A stretch of DNA of 37,225 bases from assembly GCA_964342905.1 (NCBI GenBank), contig CAYFIG010000001.1, positions 1 to 37,225 of the forward strand, given 5' to 3'. The notes under the pieces are model-generated. The model saw only the letters and a list, made by a program, of their open reading frames with translations. It had not been told where the DNA came from and did not search any database. A program made the position numbers and the translations under genes. This DNA comes from an uncultured bacterium (GTDB lineage: Bacteria; Methylomirabilota; Methylomirabilia; Rokubacteriales; CSP1-6). Position 1 is the stretch's first letter. The number at the start of each line of letters is the position of its first letter. This document shows positions 6,892-14,303 of the stretch, piece after piece.

Positions 6892-7558
6892 TTTTGCCCG
6901 GCTCCTGTCCGGTGCTTCCCGACGTCTCAAGATCCAGCATCGGTCCGACTCCCGGGTGGAACGTGGCAACGGGCTCGACGATAGCGGAAAGCCGCCGAAT
7001 CACCTGGGTGATTCGCTCGCAGCGTTCGAGGATGACCTTTACCCTCTCGACAGCCTTCGCTTCCCTCAGCTCTCTCTCCAGCATCTCGGCGTGGCCAACG
7101 ATAGCGGCCAGAGGGTTATTAATCTCGTGGCTCAGCGCACGCGCCGCCTCCAGGAGGGTCGCAACCTTGGCGGCCCTGAGGGACGCTGCTTCCAGATCCC
7201 TCTTTTCCAACGCCCTTCTCACGGTGAAGACGATCTCGTCGTTGTCAAACGGCTTGGTGAGGAAGTCGTAGGCCCCCAGCCGGAGGGCCTGGACGGCGGA
7301 GGGCAGATCGCCATAGGCAGTGACGATCACGACGAGCATATGGGGAGCCACCGCCCTTGCCTGCTCCAGAACCTGGATGCCTTCGAGCCCCGGCATCCTA
7401 AGATCTAGGAGGACCACGTCCGGGGGCTCGCGCGTGATCTGCTCGAGGGCAGCCTGGCCGTCCTCTGCCGCGACCACCTGGAAACCCTGATCTCGGAGCA
7501 CACCCGTCAGGAGCCAGCGCATGTCGGGCTCGTCATCCGCCACTAGCGCTTTCGGCAT
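6869..7558 (-). CDS. receiver domain fused to a HisKA/DHp domain, with no HATPase_c catalytic domain
   Basis: 229 aa. The REC domain (MPKALVADDE...TKPF) is followed by the H-box ALSHEINNPLAAIVGHAEML and about 60 further residues, with no N/G1/G2 boxes. The REC domain is paralogous to the REC of the next gene. Confidence 0.85.
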   Translation of the reverse strand: MPKALVADDEPDMRWLLTGVLRDQGFQVVAAEDGQAALEQITREPPDVVLLDLRMPGLEGIQVLEQARAVAPHMLVVIVTAYGDLPSAVQALRLGAYDFLTKPFDNDEIVFTVRRALEKRDLEAASLRAAKVATLLEAARALSHEINNPLAAIVGHAEMLERELREAKAVERVKVILERCERITQVIRRLSAIVEPVATFHPGVGPMLDLETSGSTGQEPGKNAKDPGG

Positions 7559-7822
7559 TGCCAGCTTCGTTATCCCACCCGGGCCTGAACGCTCTTAGGA
7601 ACCATGGCCGGAGAAAAGCGATGAATCAGCTTTCGTGTGCCCGCTGGCTTTCTACAATCGAAGATGCGAACGAGGTGAAACCGAGCGGGGGCTGCCACCC
7701 AGCTCGAACGGAATCACCGATACGCTCGTCATCGGGGTAAGATTCGGGCATCAACCGATGACAGCCCTACTACCTCACGTGGCTACTCCCTTCCCTTAAA
7801 CGATGAATTTCTCGGGGAGAAC

Positions 7823-7846
7823 GAAAAAGACAGACGGAGACCGTCT
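7823..7846 (-). terminator. intrinsic-terminator-like hairpin plus U-tract
   Basis: The minus-strand RNA reads AGACGG-UCU-CCGUCU followed by GUCUUUUUCGUUCU. That is a 6-bp stem with a 3-nt loop and a U-rich tail. The upstream segments GGAGAC and UCUGG can pair alternatively with GUCUCC and CCAGA. Confidence 0.45.
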
Positions 7847-7945
7847 CTGGAAAACCGCGAGTCTCCAGACCGGGAGCGTTGGTCGTGAACCGGTTTCGTG
7901 GTTTCCACCAACGAATGTGCAAAGTCGGTTTCGCCAAACGCTACC

Positions 7946-7960
7946 GCAAGCTCCGTGCCA
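7946..7960 (-). promoter_or_regulatory. sigma54 (-24/-12) promoter, exact consensus match
   Basis: The minus strand reads TGGCACG-GAGC-TTGC, which equals the consensus TGGCACG-N4-TTGC. It is about 390 nt upstream of the REC-DHp gene start (7558) and about 100 nt upstream of the hairpin at 7823-7846. Confidence 0.7.
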
Positions 7961-8164
7961 AATCCCAAGCACCCCGCTTGCGCAGCAGTTCCGAGTAATA
8001 AAGGAGGTCTCTAGCGCCTGCCGCGTCTCCCATAGAGGCCAGAAGGCCCTTCAGTCTGCCACTTCGAATCAGCGCGTCATAGCTGGGAGTGGCGGGCAGC
8101 CTGGCCGGTTAAGCCTTTTTGCCGGAAGGGACCATTCGCGTTGTCACTTCATTCAATTTTTCTT

Positions 8165-8194
8165 TTTTATCCACTTTTCCCCGTGGCTTGTCAA
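8165..8194 (-). promoter_or_regulatory. sigma70-like promoter (TTGACA-N18-ATAAAA with TGn extended -10)
   Basis: The minus strand has TTGACA (8194-8189), an 18-nt spacer ending in TGG, then ATAAAA (8170-8165). It lies in an AT-rich patch of the non-coding gap. No convincing ORF follows. Confidence 0.3.
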
Positions 8195-8596
8195 GGGCCA
8201 GGCGAGAGGCGTCCGTTGAGAAATTAGAAATAGGGGTCGAGGTTCCGTTGCACGCTTCTTCTCGGAGCCCCTCCAAGCTGAAAAAGTGGACGCGTCTACG
8301 GGCACGGGAGCGCGAAGACAACCCTACAAACCCTTTCATCGCCGCCCCCGGTCCTGCACCGGCTCCGGTGCCGGCAGGCCTTGCGCTGCGCCCGACCGCC
8401 GGATGGAACACCGGGCCTCGGCGATTCCGATCCCTCCCACACACTCTCTTTCCGAAAAAGGGAAGCAATTACAAAGCCAATACGAGTAGCGTTCCACGTG
8501 TTTACGTGAAGTGGTTGATTATCTGGCTTTACTTCGGGCTCAGGGGGGGGAGGAGGTTCCGACTTGAATTCAACGAAAATCCCGCGCTGGAGGTGT

Positions 8597-9715
8597 TTAG
8601 AGCGTCCGATAGAGGTCGGCAAACGCGCGGACCTGGGACGCGAAGGTGAACGGGCGGACAGCGGCGCGCGCGCGCTCAGTCATGAGGGCCGGTTCAGCGT
8701 TTCTGAGCGCCTCCAGCCCGTTGGCGATGGCCGCAGGATCTTCGGGGTTCTCGAGGATCCAGCCGGTCTCGTCGTGACTTACGACTTCAGCCCCGCCGCT
8801 CCTTCCGCTCGCCAGGACCGGGAGCCCCGCGGCCAAGGCCTCGAGGTGGACATTGCCAAAGGGCTCATAGAGAGAGGGGAGGGCGACCACATCCGCCGCG
8901 GCGTAGAAGCGTTCCACGTCGGGGCGCGACCCGGCCCAAGCCAGACGTCCTGCGACGCCAAGTCGCTCGGCGACGGCGCGATAGGGCCCTGGACTCCCCT
9001 TCCCGACCACCAGGAGCCATGCGCCGCGGCCGCGGAATCTGGCGAATCCCTCGATGAGGGGACCCAGGCCCTTCCGCTCGAACCCCGAACCGACCATGAG
9101 GATGACCCAGGCATCCCTCGGGATCCCGAACTCGGCCCGGATCGCCGGACCGAACCGCTTCCGGTGATCCGGATGAAAGCGCTCCTGATCCACGCCGTTG
9201 TAAATCACCGTGAGCCGGGACTCGGGCACCCCGTAGAGCCTCCGGATCTCCTCTCGCCCCTGGCGCGAGATGGCAACGATCCTCCGGGTTGAGCCCGAGG
9301 TAAAGATTCTGCGCTCAAGCGACAAGAGCAACAGGTGGGAGGGATTGGCTCGAAGTGCGAGCCGCCTTGCGCTCCCCAGGTGCCGCGCCTTGACTCTAAG
9401 ATAGGCTCGATGGCACCCCTCTCCGGCTCGGTAGATATCCTGCGTGAGGCTCCGTTCGTGGCTCTGAACCACGTCAAAGCGATCCCGCACGACCCCCATG
9501 CGGGCAGCCAGGACGAATGAGATGAGGCGCGCCGGTGGCGGATACGGGATCACTGGGAGTCGGTGAAGCGTCGCTCCCGGGACCGGGAACTGCCCTGGAG
9601 GGCTGAAGAGATGGAGATCGTATCCCTGCCTCACGAACTCCTCGATCAGCCCCGCGGTGGCGTTCTCCAGGCCGCCGTAGAAGACAAACGGACGGCAGAT
9701 GATGGCCACTCTCAC
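8597..9715 (-). CDS. glycosyltransferase family 4, WaaG/RfaG-like (LPS core glycosyltransferase)
   Basis: 372 aa. FVFYGGLENA, DIYRAGEGCHRAYL, MVGSGFERKGL and the E-x7-E region resemble WaaG. This is the last gene of the LPS operon. Confidence 0.85.
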   Translation of the reverse strand: MRVAIICRPFVFYGGLENATAGLIEEFVRQGYDLHLFSPPGQFPVPGATLHRLPVIPYPPPARLISFVLAARMGVVRDRFDVVQSHERSLTQDIYRAGEGCHRAYLRVKARHLGSARRLALRANPSHLLLLSLERRIFTSGSTRRIVAISRQGREEIRRLYGVPESRLTVIYNGVDQERFHPDHRKRFGPAIRAEFGIPRDAWVILMVGSGFERKGLGPLIEGFARFRGRGAWLLVVGKGSPGPYRAVAERLGVAGRLAWAGSRPDVERFYAAADVVALPSLYEPFGNVHLEALAAGLPVLASGRSGGAEVVSHDETGWILENPEDPAAIANGLEALRNAEPALMTERARAAVRPFTFASQVRAFADLYRTL

Positions 9716-10848
9716 GCGCGGGCTCCGCGAGCCGCGCTCTCGATCAGCGGGAAGAGAAGCCGGCGAGCGGCCGCGTAGCTATACCGCTCCTCGGCGCGCG
9801 CGCGGGCGCGACGGCCGAAGGCGGACGCTTCGTCGGGATGATCGAGGAGAAAAGCGAGGGCGTGGGACAGAGCCTCGGGATCATCGGGCTCCACCACCAC
9901 GCCGCAGCCGTCCAGGATCTCGGGGACCATGGAAACCTGGGTGGAGACGATCGGGCGGCCCAGCGCCATCGCGTCGAACAGCTTGGCGGGAACCTGGCCG
10001 AGGCTCTCGCTCGAGCGTCGCTGGGGCACCGCCACCACATCAGCGGCCTCGAGGTAGTGCGGGATCTCGGCAAAGGGGATTTCACCGACGCACCTCACGC
10101 CGGGAGCGACGGCCCTGAGACGTCGTCCCGTGGGGCTGTCGGGATCGGTCCCCACAAGCGCCAGGATCACGTCGGCGCGCTTGAGGCGTCGCACCGCTTC
10201 GGCCAGGTCGTCAACGCCCTTGTAGTCCCGGGGCGTGCCGAGAAACATGATGACCTTCTCTCGGCTGATACCCAGGCGAGAGCGAGCCGGGGCAGGGTCG
10301 TGAGCGCCCGGGCTCCACGCCTCGGTATCCCTGACGTGGGGGATCAGGAGTCCTCCGAAGCGTGATTGGAGGAACCGGGACGCCACCGTCCGGAACCTGA
10401 CCCGGTGGACCAGGCGCTCCAACATCCACGTCCACGGGAGCCCGTTGGGGTTGGCCAGGTTGAGGAACCGCCCGATCCGTCCCCAGAGCCCCGCATGGTA
10501 GAAGAACCCTACCTCCCAGTCATCGATGTCCAGGACCAGCTGATGTCGAGACAAGAGGCGCTTGAGAAGCCCGACACCGAGACTCGTGGGACGGGGCTTG
10601 GAGGCGTAGATCAGGTCGCCATCCGCCAAGCTGAGGAGGCGGGGGAGCGCGACCAGAAAGCCCGGATAGCGGGCGCCCGACACGCTTCGGTAGGGAACGG
10701 GGCCGCCCTGGACGGGGCGCCAGAGATCACGACCAAAGCAAGGCCCCACCACCTCGACCTCGTAACGCGGCGCCAAGAGCCGGGCCAGGAGGTCAGCGCG
10801 CCCCGTCGCGTTCGTGGAGAGATCGAAGCAGAGAATTGAGATCTTCAC
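9712..10848 (-). CDS. glycosyltransferase (GT-B fold, GT1/GT4-like)
   Basis: 378 aa. The C-terminal half has a GT1/GT4 signature (FLGTPRDYKGVDDL...VPQRRSSESLGQVPAKLFDAMALGRPIV). There are 4-nt overlaps with both neighbours. Confidence 0.8.
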   Translation of the reverse strand: MKISILCFDLSTNATGRADLLARLLAPRYEVEVVGPCFGRDLWRPVQGGPVPYRSVSGARYPGFLVALPRLLSLADGDLIYASKPRPTSLGVGLLKRLLSRHQLVLDIDDWEVGFFYHAGLWGRIGRFLNLANPNGLPWTWMLERLVHRVRFRTVASRFLQSRFGGLLIPHVRDTEAWSPGAHDPAPARSRLGISREKVIMFLGTPRDYKGVDDLAEAVRRLKRADVILALVGTDPDSPTGRRLRAVAPGVRCVGEIPFAEIPHYLEAADVVAVPQRRSSESLGQVPAKLFDAMALGRPIVSTQVSMVPEILDGCGVVVEPDDPEALSHALAFLLDHPDEASAFGRRARARAEERYSYAAARRLLFPLIESAARGARA

Positions 10849-11978
10849 TGGCTCGAACTTCGGACCAGCCGGCTGTACAGGGCAACCAAGCGCTCGGCGA
10901 GCCGACTGCCGGAATAGCGCTCTTCCACCAAGCTGCGTCCCGCGGCGCCGAGGTCTTGTCGAAGCTGCCTGTCTTCGAGGAGGCGACGAATGGCGACCGC
11001 CAGGGCCTCGGGATCCCCGGCGGGAACGAGAAGGGCGTCGTGCCCGTTCGTGAGGGCCTCGGGGACTATGCCCACCCGGCTGGCGATGAGCGGGCGGGCC
11101 ATGGCCAAATACTCGAAGACCACCCGGCCCATGCCATCGGACTCCAGGGGCACGTAAAGGCCGACGTCCATGGCCGCCATGGTGCGCGGAAGATCGGGGA
11201 CAAATCCCATGAACGTGAATTGGTTTTCGAGTCCGGCCTTCAGGATTGCCTCCCGAATTGTGGCCTGGTGTCTCCCCTGACCCGCGAGGAGCACGTGCGG
11301 CCGGATCCCGTCGCGGGCCAGCGCGGTCACCGCCTCCAGCACGACCGCATGCCCCTTCATGACGCGGAGCCCGCTCACCATGCCGAGCAGCACCGCTCCG
11401 TCGTTGAATCCCAGCGCAGCGCGGACCGCGCGGCCATCCACCCGCGGATGAAACCGGTCGGTGTCGACGCCGCCAGGGAGCGTCACCACGCGCTCAGGAG
11501 GAAGCAGGCCCGAGGTCACGTACTGGCGGTTGATCGCGTCGGTCACGGTCAGGACGAGGTCGGTGGCAGTTTGGTAGAGCCAACGATTCCCGCGATGAGG
11601 TCTCACGACTTGGACGATGTGCCGAGTCCTCACGAGCGGTCGGGGAGACCAGGAAAGCCGATTGGCCAGCGCGGCCAACCAGTGCTCCTTGCCCCGGTGA
11701 ACGTGAACAACATCCACCTGCGGGAGCCAGCGGATGAGGCGGGCGATGTCAGCCAGGTCGGCGGTGGGCTTGAGACCGCTGCGTAGCCTGAGAGTCTCGA
11801 TTCGTTTGACCCCCAGCGCCCGGGCCGGGTTCACAACCCGTTCCTCGGTCCCGGCCCGGCAGCAGAGGACGGCGTCGCACCCTGCCCGCTGGAGCTCGTG
11901 TACCGCCTGGGCTGCCCAGTACGCGTCCGAGCTCCACCCCCGGCAGCTCATCACGTGGAGAACACGGAGCGAGCTCAC
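10845..11978 (-). CDS. glycosyltransferase family 4
   Basis: 377 aa. LRVLHVMSCRGWSS at the N-terminus, then MVSGLRVMKGH and PLESDGMGRVVFEYLAMARPLIASRVG. There are 4-nt overlaps with neighbours. Confidence 0.85.
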   Translation of the reverse strand: MSSLRVLHVMSCRGWSSDAYWAAQAVHELQRAGCDAVLCCRAGTEERVVNPARALGVKRIETLRLRSGLKPTADLADIARLIRWLPQVDVVHVHRGKEHWLAALANRLSWSPRPLVRTRHIVQVVRPHRGNRWLYQTATDLVLTVTDAINRQYVTSGLLPPERVVTLPGGVDTDRFHPRVDGRAVRAALGFNDGAVLLGMVSGLRVMKGHAVVLEAVTALARDGIRPHVLLAGQGRHQATIREAILKAGLENQFTFMGFVPDLPRTMAAMDVGLYVPLESDGMGRVVFEYLAMARPLIASRVGIVPEALTNGHDALLVPAGDPEALAVAIRRLLEDRQLRQDLGAAGRSLVEERYSGSRLAERLVALYSRLVRSSSQ

Positions 11979-13150
11979 CGGCCACTCCCCAACCTCTGGT
12001 TGGGGGCCCGCAATCTCCGATTGGGGCCCCGCGGCCTTTGCCGCAGGCGGGCAAGGACGTCGTAGTAAGCGGTCTCCACCGTCTCCACCGCACGCTCAGG
12101 GTTGAACTCACGTTCGGCTCGAAGCCGCCCTGCCGCTCCCATGCGGCGCGCACGCTCAGGGTTCAGAAGGATCTCTCCCAGCGCCCGCGCCACACTTTCT
12201 GGCTGGTCATCGGCAAGGAGCAGGCCGGTCTCCCCATCCAGCACAGTTTCCGGGAGCGCGCCGACGCGGTGGGCAACCACAGGCTTCGCCACGGCCATCG
12301 CCTCCACGGCGGCCCGGCAGGATTCCTCGGAGCCTGCTCCCATGAGGGCAAAGCAGTCCATAGCAGCCAGCAGTTGCGGAAGGTCGGTGTCCCGGTAGCC
12401 GGTGAAGAGGACCCGGTTGCCCAACCCAAGCTCGAACACGCGACGTTCAAGCCTGGGCCGGGACTCTCCCTTCCCAACAAGAAGCAGCCGCGCCTCAGGG
12501 AGCAGCTGGAGGAGCAGGCGGAACCCGTCGATCAAGAGCTCGTGGCCCCGGTTCGGAGCGAGCCGGGCCACCGAGCCGACCACCGGAGCCTCGCCGAGCC
12601 CCAGCTCATCGCGGACCGCCTTGCCGTCCACGTCGGGGGAGAAGCGCCTGAGATCTGTCGCCGCTGACACGAGCCAGACCTGATCCGGTTGAAAGCCAGT
12701 TTCCAGGCTCCGGATTTGGATCTGGCGGCTCACGGCAAAGACGGCGTGAGTCCTCCGCTGAAGCGCCCTGGATAGCCAATCCCGCTTGACGGCCCGGTGG
12801 CTGTGGAACGTTCGGAACAACGCCGCCTGGCCGTGGCAGATGGCACCGAGCCAGTGGTCGTGGGAGTGGTGACAGTGGATGATGTGGACGGTCTCCCGGA
12901 CCACCAGCCGACGGAGGCAACGCATGTCGTGGCAGAACGCTCGCGGCCGAACACGTGGATCGAGGGAGAGATCGGGAAGCAAGGAAATCCCCGCCTCCAG
13001 GGCTTTCGTCTCGAAGCGATCCCCCCGCACAGCCCCGAGCAGGACGCGATGGCCGCGCTCTTCGAGCCCTTTGACGAGGCGGATGATCGGGTCCGCGCTC
13101 CCGGTCCACCAGCGGTTCGCGGCGAGGTGAAGCACCCGGAGGGGCGTCAT
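11975..13150 (-). CDS. glycosyltransferase family 4
   Basis: 391 aa from the ATG at 13150 (MTPLRVLHLAANRWWTGS...), with SVARLAPNRGH and GSEESCRAAVEAMAVAKPVVAHRVG. The GTG at 13183 used in the track lies inside a duplicated segment. Confidence 0.85.
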   Translation of the reverse strand: MTPLRVLHLAANRWWTGSADPIIRLVKGLEERGHRVLLGAVRGDRFETKALEAGISLLPDLSLDPRVRPRAFCHDMRCLRRLVVRETVHIIHCHHSHDHWLGAICHGQAALFRTFHSHRAVKRDWLSRALQRRTHAVFAVSRQIQIRSLETGFQPDQVWLVSAATDLRRFSPDVDGKAVRDELGLGEAPVVGSVARLAPNRGHELLIDGFRLLLQLLPEARLLLVGKGESRPRLERRVFELGLGNRVLFTGYRDTDLPQLLAAMDCFALMGAGSEESCRAAVEAMAVAKPVVAHRVGALPETVLDGETGLLLADDQPESVARALGEILLNPERARRMGAAGRLRAEREFNPERAVETVETAYYDVLARLRQRPRGPNRRLRAPNQRLGSGR

Positions 13151-13203
13151 CAGAGGCACGTCCCGCGCATTCTCTCGCACCACCAGCGGTTCGCGGCGAG
13201 GTG
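13106..13203. repeat. 24-bp perfect direct repeat (CCACCAGCGGTTCGCGGCGAGGTG) at 13106-13129 and 13180-13203
   Basis: Exact match read directly, with a 74-bp period. Copy 1 encodes HLAANRWW of the glycosyltransferase N-terminus. Copy 2 lies in the intergenic spacer. Confidence 0.9.
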
Positions 13204-13220
13204 GAGGATCGTGAGCGCAC

Positions 13221-14303
13221 TCACGAGGTGAGCAGCCCGTCGTAGAGGGCGATCAGGCGCCGGATGGCAAGAGCGCGCGAGAAGCGCTCGGCGACGAGCT
13301 GCCTCCCCGCTTTGGCGCGCCGCCGGGCGAGGTCCGGTTCCCTGAGGGTCGTAAAAATTCCGTCAGCGAGAGCCCCGGCATCGCCAGGGGGGACCAGGAG
13401 CCCGGTCACCTCGTGCTCGATCACCTCGGGGACTCCGCCGACCGCTGAGGCGACGACCGGGAGCTCGGTCGCGAGGGCCTGAAGCACCGACTGCGGAACT
13501 CCCTCGGTGCGGACAGACGCCAGGGCGAAACAGTCCATGGCGCGGAGCAGGTCGGGGACATCGGGGCGAAAGCCGGTGAAGCTGACGGCCGCCGAAAGCC
13601 CCGCGTTCCGCGTGAGGGTCTCGATCCACTGCCGCCTGATCCCGTCTCCCACGAGGAGAAGCCGCGCGCTGGGGAATTCCCTGAGGACAATCCGAAAGGC
13701 GTCCAGGAGGTATTGGTGCCCCTTGGAGCCGCGAAACATCGCCACCGAGCCGATCACGGGCGGCGTCAACCCCAGCTCGCCCCGGACCCGCTCACCGCCG
13801 AGACCCGGGCTGAACTCATCGAGATCCACACCCGCCGGAATCGCCACGACCTTGGTCGGACGCACGCCGGCCGCGATCAGCAGCCGGCGGATCGTCTCCC
13901 CGCTGGTCACGATCCGATCGACCAGGAACGAATAGACTGGGTTCCAACCGCGGCGAACGGAGATCGAAACGTGGCGGCTCCTCACCACGGGGATCCGCCC
14001 AAGCCGGGCAGCCATTCCCCCGAGCCAGGCATCCACCGAGCTATGGGTGTGGACCAGCGCAATACGCTCTCGTCTGATCGCAAGCGCCAATCGGCTGACC
14101 GCGGAAAGATCCCACGCCCCCCGCATCCTGACACGGATCACCCCGAAGCCGGCCCGTTGGGCCTCGGCAAGGATTGTGCTCCGGGGCTGCCCTGCGAGGA
14201 GCACCCGCCAGCCCTGATCACGGAGCCAGCTCACTTCGGTCAGGATTCGCACTTCCTGGCCTCCCCACCCCAGCGAAGCCTCAGTGTGGAGGATGGTTCT
14301 CAC
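13221..14303 (-). CDS. glycosyltransferase family 4
   Basis: 360 aa with ILHTEASLGWGGQE, SVAMFRGSKGH and ASVRTEGVPQSVLQALATELPVVASAVGG. Confidence 0.87.
   Translation of the reverse strand: MRTILHTEASLGWGGQEVRILTEVSWLRDQGWRVLLAGQPRSTILAEAQRAGFGVIRVRMRGAWDLSAVSRLALAIRRERIALVHTHSSVDAWLGGMAARLGRIPVVRSRHVSISVRRGWNPVYSFLVDRIVTSGETIRRLLIAAGVRPTKVVAIPAGVDLDEFSPGLGGERVRGELGLTPPVIGSVAMFRGSKGHQYLLDAFRIVLREFPSARLLLVGDGIRRQWIETLTRNAGLSAAVSFTGFRPDVPDLLRAMDCFALASVRTEGVPQSVLQALATELPVVASAVGGVPEVIEHEVTGLLVPPGDAGALADGIFTTLREPDLARRRAKAGRQLVAERFSRALAIRRLIALYDGLLTS

Noticed and set aside
8055-8075. TTCGAAT sequence (gccacTTCGAATcagcg) resembling a tRNA T-loop
   Set aside because: The flanking bases cannot form a T-stem (GCCAC against CAGCG). 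No acceptor, D or anticodon arms can be drawn, so it is not a tRNA or tmRNA.
7783-8219. ORFs 7783-7968 (-), 7803-8219 (+) and 7558-7740 (+) in the gap
   Set aside because: None has an SD or a family signal. The minus-strand one starts upstream of and runs through the sigma54 promoter and the terminator hairpin. The plus-strand ones would be the only plus-strand genes in 37 kb.
8109-8468. 119-aa minus-strand ORF, or its 76-aa version from the ATG at 8336 (MKGFVGLSSRSRARRR...KKEKLNEVTTRMVPSGKKA), in the non-coding gap
   Set aside because: It uses many AT-rich codons (AAA, TTT, GTA, TTG, AGA) unlike all neighbouring genes. It has only a weak G-run as SD, is low in complexity and basic, and has no recognisable motif. 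It also spans a promoter-like TTGACA/ATAAAA element. I treat it as non-coding unless expression data say otherwise.
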